Source: the human T2T-CHM13v2.0 reference genome, Homo sapiens. Taken from it: a stretch of 64,000 nt of DNA. The position numbers and the translations under genes were made by a program. The stretch is taken from assembly GCF_009914755.1 (NCBI RefSeq), contig NC_060936.1, one strand, 5' to 3'. Below, one piece after another: positions 44,341-59,060 of the stretch; the stretch's first letter is position 1, and every line of letters starts with the position of its first letter. The notes beneath the pieces are model-generated. The model worked only from the letters and a program-made list of their open reading frames with translations, searched no databases and was not told where the DNA came from.

Positions 44341-45548
44341 ACATAATCCCCTTTTACAGCTGAAGAACTAGGCCCAGAAGGATTGCTACTTGTCCAGAGT
44401 CTCCAGTTACTGGTGGCAGAGTCAAGACAAACTCAGATCTGTTGGAATCCAAAGCCCTGCAGTTAACCGTAACACTACATACATGCCCTTAATAATAGTC
44501 AGGTGGATCTTTTCCCATCAGTGTCCCCACGCAGTTGCAGGTTCCTGAACTCCTGAACACCACACACCCAGGAGCTCTGTAGCCAGGGGCTCTGTGACTG
44601 CTCCTCTCACACTGGCCTCCAGTGATTCCCCTTCTCACCTCCCCGAGGTCTAGCTGAATGTTTTAGCGAAGGCTTTCTTTCCATGAGCGTCTCTGAATGC
44701 CCCCCACCCCCCACCATTCCCAGTCCCACCAGCCCTGCTTCCAGGGCTATCATCACCACCTTCCAGGGACTCATAAGAGGGAGACCACCAGCAGCCTTTG
44801 CCTCATATTTACATTATATTTCACAAAGGTTCTCTGGATCTTCCAAGGTGTTGCCCAACTAGCCATAAATGAAGCTAAGATATTGGATTCAAGAGAAGAT
44901 TTAAGAGTCCTCCAAAGTAATGTGTGCACTTACCACACACTCTTTCTCTCTCATGACACTTCCATTAAGTGGCTTTCCCAGCTGCCCACACATGCCCTCC
45001 CTTATGCCCTAGATGCCCCAGATAGACTTTTATCAAACACGTGCAATGCCTTATTATGAACATTTCTCTTTATATCTGCCTCTCCACCAGACTGTGAGGT
45101 AGCAACATTGCCATATTTGTCTCTGAAACCCCAGTACTTAGCATTTTGCCTGGTACTCCCTGGTGAGTATTCAATAAGCACTCAATGAATGAATGAACAA
45201 GTTCTCTACCCTACCCTACCCTACCCCTCAAAATGCTTTCCCCACCCAGCCAAATGATGCATAGAATTATAATATTAGACTTTCTGATATGGCATGTCCT
45301 TCTGATTGCAGTATGTCTTATTCAAGGACAATGCCTCTGTGGGGAGTAGTGCGGGAAGGCTCCTCTGTTGTCAAATCCTCATGTTGTGGAATGACTTCCT
45401 TGTGGCGGGGGAGGCAGATGGGGTTCTTAGGAGAGATAATCACTTGAGGTGCCTCATAAGGGCTGAAGAAAGGGGAAGACACAGAAAGATAGATCAAAAG
45501 ACTCAAGGAGCTTTTCCTCTGGAACAGCTTTTCTGAGGAGCAGCTCTG

Positions 45549-45562
45549 GTTGCCATAGCAAC
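45549..45562. promoter_or_regulatory. RFX X-box motif GTTGCCATAGCAAC, with a GC box at ~45745-45757
   Basis: Near-perfect palindromic RFX consensus in apparently non-repetitive sequence; function not shown. Confidence 0.5.
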
Positions 45563-47379
45563 GGCTGCAATTTGTGGTACCTCCTTCCAGCTTCCTACCT
45601 GCTGGTGAGAAGGAACTGAAAGCCACAACCTCTTAACCCAGCAGGGCATTTTCCTTGCATCCTTTGAAAGCAGGAGCTGGGGTGAGACCCAGGGAGACAG
45701 CAGCCTGGGCTGCACCAACAGGAGTGGTGAAGGAAAGAAGCCGAGAGGGGCGGGGGGTAGGGAGGCACAGTGCTGCCAGGAGGTGAAGGCTAAAGTGGGG
45801 GCCGAGCAACACAGGAATAAAGGAGTAAGCTGCCACCGTTGGCAAATAATCGCAGCTGGGGCGACAGTTCTCAGAGCTGATTACCTAGAGATCCTCTGGC
45901 TTAATTGATTTTATATAACCTCCTGGCTGCAAAATTGGGAGGCTCAAACAATAAGACAATTTTCAAAGGACAGCTGCTTGCTTAAATGGACACTCCGCAC
46001 AGAATTGTTTCCTGGAGCTTTTAATGACTTATTCTTCTCAACTGAGCCAGAAAATACTTTTCTAAAGAAGAAATAGGAAGAATGCCCTATCTGTGAATAG
46101 GAGATTGTGCAGGAGGGTGTTGCTACGGTGTGTAATTATTAGTCTGCCTAATCAAATCAGCAGCCTTATTGTAAGATTTGCCCATTTCTGCAGCAGAAAT
46201 ATGATTTGGAAATGCTAACAGACAGTATCATCTTTCTAGGTTCTACTTTCTGTATAGTCTAAGTCTTCAGCATAAATCAACAGTATTTTTTTTGTAAGGT
46301 ATGAAGAAAGGGGAGAATTAAAGGCAATCAAATTATATTTGATAAATTTATTTATTAATCACTTTTATTGATGAAGACCTAAATAAATTGTGAGTTCAGA
46401 AAAAATATTTGGGCTTAGCAAGATTTTCTTTTAAAGAGAATTATTTTTTCTTTCAACACCAGAGGGAAAGCTTATCCAAACAATTCCTAGAGTCGATCAT
46501 GGTTCGTTGAGGAACAAAACAGCAGAAACATGTAATTTCACAGCAGCTCCCACCAACTACAGCCTCTCATTACCAGCAACAAGCCAAATAATTTACTAAG
46601 CAACCCTGCTGCTGGCATTTAGCCTTTGTCTTTCTCACATCTGGTGCTCCAAGTATGATGCATTTAATAAACATGTTTATAAGCCAGTAATTTATTTCTG
46701 GCACTATTTTTGCTTCTTTTTACACCAAACTTCATTCGTAGGGAGGGAACATGTTAATTGTCCTATGTTAAGTGACCTTTCTTACTATGTTGTTAGGAGA
46801 TTTTACAAAGCCTGCAGATGAACGTGACCTTAGAAATCAAGCCTAGTGTAAGCCGTAGGTTTAGATCTTCGCACCACAATAATCAGAAGTGAAGCATCAA
46901 GCCAAAGTGGGGTGGGAAGGAGATCCATCTCAAAACATTCCCTCAGGCTTCCCAGAAAGTCAAAACAATGTCGGGAAATTACTCTGATGGATCTCATGAC
47001 CTCTGGATGATAATGTGTAGGGTCTCATATTACTGCTACTAAGATGAAAAATCAAATAAAGTACATTTGATTTTGGTTTATGAAAATTTTATGTAAAAAA
47101 CAGGCAGATGGAGATGCCAGATAGTTACAGAACAACCAAAGACTGTTTGATATTTCTTCTAAAAAAGAGATTCATTTTACAAAATTTAAATAGATCTTCT
47201 TTGCCGAAGAATGCTCATCCATCCACCCATGTAGCCACAATCGACTCCCTGAGGGACCGAATGCACCAGAGGTTACTTTTCAGAGGACAAGAGGTCAGCT
47301 GGTCAAGGGGAAGACAGGCAGATGAGTTCAGTAGCAGAGCATTGTATCAAACACCTTGACCAAGAATAAGCAGCAGCCT

Positions 47380-47515
47380 AGGGGATGGATAGCCCATTTT
47401 CCTCGATGTGATTATTACATATTACATGCCTGTATCAAAACATCTCATGTACCCATAAATATATACACCTACTATGTAGCCACAAAAATTTAAAACAAAT
47501 TTAAAAAACAAAAAA
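47380..47515 (+). mobile_element. Short L1MA2-like 3' end insertion with 12-bp TSD aagcagcagcct
   Basis: ggggatggatagcccatt...catgcctgtatcaaaacatctcatgtaccc...A-tail; TSD 47368-47379 and 47516-47527. Confidence 0.88.
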
Positions 47516-47584
47516 AAGCAGCAGCCTGACTCTACTCCTAGCTCTGCCACCAATTCTGTCACGTAACCTAAGTCTCTGAGTCTC

Positions 47585-48075
47585 TGTATCAGGTGGCAAT
47601 TGCCGTGTAATGAACCACCCCAAAACATAATGGCTTAAAATAATAACTACTTACTATTTCTCACAAATATGTGGCTAGGTGGGTCTGCTGATCTGAGCCA
47701 GGCTCAACTGATCTCAGTGGGCCTTGGCCATCCATCTGTGGTCAGCTGATGAGTTGCAAGGGGGCCAGTGGCCTCCGCTGTGACAACATGATTCTACTTC
47801 ATGCAGTTTATCTCAGCCCCAAGTCGGCTAGTCCTGGATTGTCCTCATAATAGCAGAGAAGCAGCAGCGGGGGTCAGGGGAGGAGGAGAGAGAGAAAAGA
47901 GATGGGAGAGGAAAGGAGGGGAGAAGATGAAGAGTGAGGAAAGTAAGGGAATAAGAGAGAGAAAGATAAGGAAAGAGGGAGAAAAAAATGAGAATGAGAA
48001 GAGAGAGAGAAACAGAAAGTGTGAGTTCTTGAGACTTGGGCTCAGAACCGAACTTTGACACATCTACCAAATTCT
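47585..48075 (-). mobile_element. MaLR LTR (MLT1-type) with a GA-rich insert at ~47875-48015
   Basis: tgtatcag...accaccccaaaacataatggcttaaaa...ttgagacttgggctcagaac. Confidence 0.65.
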
Positions 48076-48542
48076 TCGAGTCTGCCCTTTTCACAGGGTT
48101 ATCATGCTTATTAAATGAGATGGTTTCTGTGCAGCATTTCATAAATCACGAAGTATCATAAAGCAGATCTAATATAACAAGACGTCACTGACACAGCTGT
48201 TTTGGAGCTGTCCTTCACAAAATACCAGATTTAATCTGCTCACTAGAGATGAAGCCAGTAATGACATGTGGGGCAGAGAAGGTCATGTGAGATATTTTAT
48301 TTATTTATATCCTTTGCCTTGTTCTACAAGGCTTTGAGATAGCTTGACACAAGAATACAAACACAAAAATAACAGTATACTATAAACAAGAACTAGGAAA
48401 AATATAATTGGAAGGAGACAATCAAGGCCTAGGCCTAGGAGTGGTAAGGGACTATCCCAAATATGCAAATGTTGCCATAAGGGCAATATCATGACTATAC
48501 TGGAGTCTTATATTTGCCTCTATATTTCCTAGAAATAAAATA

Positions 48543-49189
<647 letters not shown>

Positions 49190-49369
49190 TCAGGAACGTG
49201 GTGTTTCCTTTTTAAATAAATTTAAGTTTTAAAAGTAAGTCCATAGAGTTACCAATATTAAGTAGATAAAAGTATAGATAGTATATAGGTGAAGCAAACC
49301 TGTGCCCGTATTATGTAGATGCCCAGAGTTTGGGACATCCATTCATGAGCAGCACCGGTTCCCAGTGAA

Positions 49370-50465
49370 CTTCCCAGAATGAGTTAGTAACAAATATTTC
49401 TCCAAATGGAGTCAGTACACCACAAGGGCCATGTGAGACTAGTATGCATGAAAAATATTAGAAGTTATCCCTATATTTATATGCAACAGTATGAAAGAAG
49501 GTAAACTTCAATACTGCTTACATATTCCAGTTGACACAGAGGCACCCCACCTGCTCAACTTGCAAGATGGTTACCTGCCCAGGTTGCCCCTTGCAGTTCT
49601 CTGGGTATCTTGAGGGAAAAGTGGAAGTTCCCTATGCAGAAGGTTGGCACATTTTTGTTCACTGTCACCAAATGGGCACATATTAGATTCAGAAGGGTCT
49701 AGTTAAGTGGATGTATGAAATATAACATCCAGTTTTAATGAAATGAGCTCTCATGAATGTAGAGGATTAAAGGTAGTATCAGTAATACAAGCTCAAGCAA
49801 ACAGAAAGCTTGTCTGGCAGAGCCATACTTCTCCAATTCTTAGAACAGACAAGCTTTTTATCAGCGTCTTAATGAGGAAAACAGTGATCTGATCATATCT
49901 GACAGAAAGTCAACCTCAAATCTAATTAACCTCAAATCTGAAGTTAACAAAAAGCTATTTAAAATATGGATTTACTTCCACTCTTATTAATTTTGATCCT
50001 CGCTTTGAGTGTGTATTTTGCCTATGATATTAGCTAATGAGAGCATGAAGCCATCAAGATTAGCAAGAGATTTTAAAAATGAAGCAGCCAGAATATTCAT
50101 CATCATAATAGAGTGATATTGTTCTATTAATAAATAAAATAAGAAAAATCATTTATTTCATTTTTATCTCATTTATTTAAATTGCTACTTTATGTATCTT
50201 TATAATATAAATAATATACTAATATAATAGCACTGTGTATCATTTATTAATGTATCCATATAGATTGGGAGAGCATATTGACACTTTCCTTTCACTAATG
50301 AGGTAGGTAATTTATGCTTAGCATTCCAACAATGGAAGGCTCTAAGCATGTGGGAGTTATTTATATCCTACTGCTCAAGGTTATCACCAAGATCTGATTG
50401 CAAAAATTCAAAAAATTGCAACCTCAGGCATGAATGGGTTAAAACAGTTGGGATACTGTTGCTTT
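49370..50465. mobile_element. Ancient hAT-Charlie-like DNA transposon remnant hosting MER85
   Basis: AT-rich terminal region and aacagttgggatactg end typical of Charlie elements; weak match only. Confidence 0.4.
50307..50438 (+). mobile_element. MER85 (piggyBac PGBD3-derived MITE)
   Basis: gtgggagttatttatatcctactgctcaagg...tgcaacctcaggcatgaatggg followed by TTAA (50439-50442); left TIR degraded. Confidence 0.88.
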
Positions 50466-51623
50466 AAATAACTAAAAAAATTAGCTGGTTGAATGGAATT
50501 ATTAAATTTAGGACCGTGACATTTGGGGAACACCCACACAATAATTATTTTAATTGTAAAATCGTTTATCTAAAACTAATCGTTCTGGTAGTGGTCTCAT
50601 CACATGATGAACCACCCACAGAGGCCACTTCCAGGCTGTGAAATTAATATTGGTATACAGAAGGAGACTTATTTGCCTATTTTTCCATAGCCAGGAGAAA
50701 TTAATCAAAGTCAGTTTCAAATTATTAATGTTTAATGTGTAAAAAGGGGGCACAGAACACAGCCCTGATTTATGCCACCAGACAATATTAGCTGCATCAT
50801 CAAAAGATGTGCCAGTTGATTCCAACTCTCACTGTCGTGTAAAAAGCTGATTTCTCTGAATACCAAAAACTATGAATCCACAAGGAGGTCATTCATGCTG
50901 ACCCAAAGATGGCTACTGTCATATAGTCAAACGTCACGGAAAGGTCAGTCAAAGGTCAAGCTAGTTGGAGGGCACACAGGGGTCATGGAGAAGCCAGCAC
51001 TGAAGCTCACTTGCTCCTCATGTAAAATGCCAGCCTTGGAAATGCAGACCTGCAGGCTTGAGAGAAGAAAGGCGAAACATTGAGATGCAACGCCTATAGC
51101 CCGTGACATGGTTGTCATATTTTAAAATGAGGTCCAATGTTCTTTGAGTCTAACCAGATGGGACTATGTCTATGAAGTACACTGAAGTTATGAGGTTGTT
51201 GATTGGTGCTTACCAGTATGAAAAAATGTTAGACTAGACCCAATGGCTAAAGACACTCATCGGCAATTTCATTTCCTTTAAGCAATGAGGAAATGTTCTC
51301 AGCTGAAAACTGCAAGGGAGGCTATTACGCTTGAAACACTTTTCGCAGGACTTTAAAAAAGATGGGCCTCTTAGCGAAGAGCCAACTAAAGGAAAGTCAG
51401 TGAAAGAGAGTCTGTAGCATTTAAGACTTGGAAAGTGAAAGTGGGAAACGATGAAATGAAGGCGCTGTCAATGGCAAAGGCACACACAGATGATAGCCCA
51501 CACCTAACAAAGTCAGAAAGTAAGAAGTAACAAAGAAAGAGGCTTTTGGTATTTCCTTATTCTCAGACCAAAATAACCGTAAATACAGATGAATCATAAA
51601 TGATAAGTGTCTTTTAAGAATAA

Positions 51624-51917
<294 letters not shown>

Positions 51918-52259
51918 AAAAATAGCTCTTATGAATAAGATCTCTTTGCTCTAATTCTGTATGCATTGGGCACTCTCTTGAGGAGCCTTTGGGCTCCTGA
52001 GCAGACACGTACGCCAAGAAGTGAATTCCATTCTCCAGCAGCTGGTGCTAAATATGGGCCAGGTACGGCTCATTATGAAAAAACAAAAAACTAGAACAGA
52101 CCAGCCACCTGTATGTTTAATTATTGTGACTGATTCTCCCAAGTCTGATTTTCTTCACAAGTACAAATACGATGGAGCTTCTTACCCAGCAAACTGAGAC
52201 TCCAAATCATCAAAAGATCATGTCCCTCAAAAAATCCGCCTGCTCCACCCATTTCCTCA

Positions 52260-54130
<1,871 letters not shown>

Positions 54131-54169
54131 AAGATGAAAGGAAGTGGGATTCTAATAATATTAACAACA

Positions 54170-54410
54170 ATGAAAATAATAATGCTAACATTTAACAAAT
54201 GCTGAGTATGCACCAAGCACTGTTCTAACCACTTTACCAACATTATATCATTTAATCCTCACAGTGCCCTATGAAAGAGGAATAATTATTTCCCCGGCTT
54301 TAGAGGTGAAGAAACAAAGCCTCAAGAGCCTGCTCAAGATCACGCACTGTGAGGTAGAACCCAGCTTTCAGGATTCAGAGTCCAAGCCCCAACCCTCGGG
54401 CCACACTGCC
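54170..54410 (-). mobile_element. MIR SINE
   Basis: gctaacatttaac...catttaatcctcacag...agaggtgaagaaacaaagc. Confidence 0.75.
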
Positions 54411-55621
54411 TCCTTTTGTTTTAAGACCACATAAAGGAACTGTTTCGTTTGTAGGGAGGTGGGTTCCAGCAGGAACCTAGCAAGCTGCCCTCGTCTGATT
54501 TCCCAGGAGTGGAGTTGGTGTCATGGGGGAGACTGGAGGTGAGGGGTCAGGGGGCAGGTAGGTTTGACACAAGGAAAGATGGGTAGGGTGTTTGATGAAT
54601 GGCAAGAAGACCCAAAGAAGATCCAAAGAGAGGAGGGTCCCACTGAGGAGCAACCAGAGCTGAATCGGAAGGGGAGGCTGGCTGGGCCAGGGTCAGAGGT
54701 GGCAGCCTTCAATGCCAGGCTGGGGGCTGGCCTTCATCCTCCAGGCCCGTGGCTTTCAAACTTCATTTATTTTGTTCTGCTTTTTAGCAGTGGAACTCTG
54801 TTGATAAAATGAAATATTGCATGGGGTGTCCAATAAATAAAACTGACCAGGAGCAGAGCAGATGAGACAGCCTGACTTCCTGCAGATGTGGCCCCTCCCT
54901 GCAGGGAGCAGCATGGGGGCAGCGGAGGAGGCCTCAGGGCCAGCTGTAAAGCCCTTGAGTTAAAGCAGGAGAGTGAGAGTGAAGGTGGCTGGGAGGGGAA
55001 ACTGAGGAAAAAAGGAAGCTGCTATGAATGAATGTTTGCTCACTCCTTCCCTTCTTCCCTTCCTCTCTTCCTTCTTCTTTCCTTTCCTCCCTCCCTCCCT
55101 CCTTTTCACTCCTTTCTTTCCTTCTTTCAAACAATTTTAGGCCAGGAGGTGATAAGGACTTGAATACCAGGACCCCAGCCTTTCTGATACTCACCAAAAT
55201 GTTAAAACTATTGCTCTGAATGTACAAGTTTCAGAAGAAAGGAGTTGGTGGTGGTGGCCTCCTCCTCCTCATTCTTTTCCTCCTCCTCCATTTTTATCTA
55301 TTCATTATTTTTCTGTCTTTTTTTAACATTAGCAAAGTGTCCAGTACTTACAAAGGACACACTGTCTTTTCAAAACAAGAAAGGCTTTCAACCTGTACCA
55401 AATAAGTCAGAAGTTCTTTCCTCTTTTCTCCAGAAGACTGGGATAGCACCTGCTTTGGGCCAGCATGTCCTGCAGCATAAGGACTTTCTCATCCCTTTAA
55501 GGGCATCCACACCGTACTGAAGAGTGCCACTGACAGGTCCCTGCTGCAGCCCAGGCTCCACATGGGCACTTTGCAAACATTTCTAATTCTCATACATGGC
55601 AACCTATAAAACTTACCACGA

Positions 55622-55928
55622 GGCCAGGCGCAGTGCCTGATGCCTGTAATCCTAACACTTTGGGAGGCCGAGTCGGGCGGGTTGCCTGAGGTCAGGAGTT
55701 CGAAACCAGCCTGGTCAACATGGTGAAACCTTGTCTCTATTAAAAATACAAAAATTAGCTGGGCATGGTGGTGCATGCCTGTAATCCTAGCTATTCGGGA
55801 GGCTGAGACAGGAGAATTGCTTGAACCCAGGAGGCAGAGGTTGCAGTGAGCCGAGATCACGCCACTGCCTGGGTGACAGAGATGAGACTCCATCTCAAAA
55901 ACAAAAACAAAAACAAAAAAACACAAAA
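55622..55928 (+). mobile_element. Alu (AluS-type), TSD aaaacttaccac
   Basis: Full dimer and TSD. Confidence 0.96.
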
Positions 55929-55949
55929 CTTACCACAGCTTGTCACTCC

Positions 55950-56440
55950 TACCCACAGAATGTCTCCAGCCCTTCACCGTCTTCTGTACCCTTAACTTCC
56001 TTACTTGAGACGGTGGTCTCTCAATTACTGCAGCAGCCAGTCCATCAGTCTCCTTGCCTCGTCTTGCCCTTCCTACACTGACTCCACAACCACCTTTCTA
56101 AAACTCCATCTGATGTTATTTTTTGCTTAACACCCTCCCATGACTCCTTTGCCATACAGGATAAGGTGCCATCCTGAGCACCCTATTCTCTGAGAAGCCT
56201 TCTCTGACTTCCTCCCATGGGCAGACCAGCTTTTTCTCCTTGGAGCCACTACCGTAACACAGACATTCCACCGTGTAGCATCCGTGTCCAGTGCTGCAGT
56301 TACTGCCCAAGCATCAGTGTCTCTACAATGCTGTGAGTGCCAAGTGGGTAGAAGCCATGTGATATGCTGCTGTACCCTCAGGCCTAATACAGTGCTGGGC
56401 ATAGAGTAAGTACTCAGTAAGTGGCTGTTGAATTATGAAT
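55950..56440 (+). mobile_element. L2 LINE 3' fragment
   Basis: acagtgctgggcatagagtaagtactcagtaagtggctgttgaattatgaatga tail. Confidence 0.6.
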
Positions 56441-57119
56441 GACATAAAAAATGGTATGTGGAATTCTTTAAAGTTTATTAACTTCCAATACTAAGTTCTT
56501 TATTCTCATATTTTAAAAAGAAAGAAATGACCGCAGCATTTCTCAGGTGTACAGTTCCTGATGACTGACTTTGCCATTCTCTCAGTCCAAGATTCTAATA
56601 ACCAGTTCTGCTTTACTTCTACAAAATAATGGTTGTTTATATTCCTAGTCATGAGCCTGCAGTTCTGCAAAACTTTAAACCATTACAAGAACACAAATTA
56701 CCTTCAGTGGAATTTTAGAGCTGTGCATTGCATTGTGCCTGGATTATGTTGATGATGACTTCAATGCCCCACTGAAGATATCAGACCAAAACTGAATGAC
56801 CATCTGATATTGGCAGAGGGGACCCTGACAGCTGCAAAGTGAGAGAGGGGGCAACTAGATATTGTTGTGACCCAATAATTTAATATTCCATGGCCATGAC
56901 TTATAATATTTTTAAATTAGCAATAAAATACAGCTGCTGTTTTTTATCAATAGGAATCTGGTTAAATATATTCTGCTCTCCCCACTGAATTCCCACACAA
57001 GGAAAGAGGTAGAGCTATATATACGGATATGGAGAGAAACCCATGACCTATTTTTTACTGAGAAAGTTACAGAAGACTATGTATATTGTAAAGAATTTAA
57101 TTTTCATTTTATAAAGTAA

Positions 57120-57416
<297 letters not shown>

Positions 57417-57893
57417 GAGAGAAGAGTTTTAAATGTGGATAGAAAAATCTGGATGGGTATGTACTGGGCTATTGTGATGATGAGCTCTGAGGACTGGGAC
57501 TGGAGGAGGCCAGGAAGTGGTGGGCTTTCATTTTCATACACTTTTATACACATGCACAGTGTTTGGAATTTTAACAAGTTTGTAGCATCATTAAAAAATA
57601 TCATCAGTCCTTCATGTGTGGGTAATTGAATAGCTCTCTATTAACTGATGTATAAATATCCTGTTTCCTATTTCCTATAGCTGTTTCCTGTTTCCTGTTT
57701 CCTACGAACACTTGCTGCATTTGGAGTAGGAACGACAGCCCAGTCAGAGTGAAGAGACCATGTCTGTTCCCACCTCCAACCAACTACCTGTGTGGACTTC
57801 AGCAAGTCACTTCACCTATGAACCTTTATCAAAAGGATAGAACTGAATTTCCTCTGAAGTTCTTCCGAAACTCAAAATTCTTAAAGAAGAAAT

Positions 57894-57950
57894 AAACTTT
57901 ATGTAAATGTCCACTGAAAAACTTTTATGTAAATGTCCACTGAAGAACTT
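57894..57950. repeat. ~26-bp tandem duplication
   Basis: aaacttt(t)atgtaaatgtccactgaa twice, followed by gaactt. Confidence 0.9.
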
Positions 57951-58799
57951 GATTCACCTGCAGCTACCTAAATATAATGTTTCATTAATGAATCACACAT
58001 TTCAAAATGGAAAGAAAAAAATTCACTGAGAGTATTTTTTAAATCTATTGGATGTTTAAACCCAGTGCTGATTTTCCAGTAAACATCCACACTCATTTGC
58101 CCACAAGACTGAACTTTCTCAGGTGTCCGATGCTATGCGTGGTTTGCCCAAAGTTACCAACAGCTGCAAAGTGTTCTTTCCCATAGCTTTCCACTCTGTG
58201 CATATTTATCACTTCCTGTCCGCTTCTGAAAATAAAATGTGGAGTTGCAAAAAGTTTCTTATGGGGGATATTTAACCAGCTATTAAGCCAAATAAACTTT
58301 ATGACAAAATAAATGTTAGAAAGTAGGACAAAATGATTTTTTTAGAACCTAACTAAATATTTAAATATTGGAGCGGATGATATATCAACACCATGGGATC
58401 TCATATAAACCCTAGAAACCTGGAGATTATATTTCAGTAATGTTTTAATAATAAATAAATTTGACTTTGAACTGGCTTAACAAATTGTGTTTGTCAGTCA
58501 GAGGAGGCATAACTAATAAATAAGACTGCTTAAATGCTCTTTTTAAAATGACTACTATGTGAAGAAATGTGGCCTGGATCACAGATATATTAAGTGGTCA
58601 ATAGCAAAATTAATATGGGGTTTCCATGAACCTCCATAAAGACAGGCACGTGTACTTCATCAAAGAATGTTTGTAGACATTGGGATGATTAGGCTGGAAT
58701 TGGAATTACACCATCGGGTTGAGATTGCACAGCCAGGACCACCCTTATTTGAGGAAAGCCCTATTTTGATGGCCCCACAGGAAAAGTAGAGTGGACAGT

Positions 58800-59060
58800 T
58801 CTGCTGCATGATCCCTGGCAGTTCTGGACTTTGGAGTGAGAGAAGACAGAGTTTAAATCCATCTCTTCCTCTTCCTAGGGCAAGCCACATAACCTTTCTG
58901 AACCTCGGTATTTCATTTGTAACATGGTAATGTGAAATGATAAATTGATAATATGTAACACCATAGGAATATGACCACACACAGTGAAAAAATCCAGGTA
59001 AAATAACATATTACTGATGCCTTGGACAGAGTAAGCACTCAATAAATATCAGTCTCCTTC
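58800..59060 (+). mobile_element. MIR SINE
   Basis: ggactttggagtgaga...gggcaagccacataacctttctgaacctcgg...taagcactcaataaat. Confidence 0.7.
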
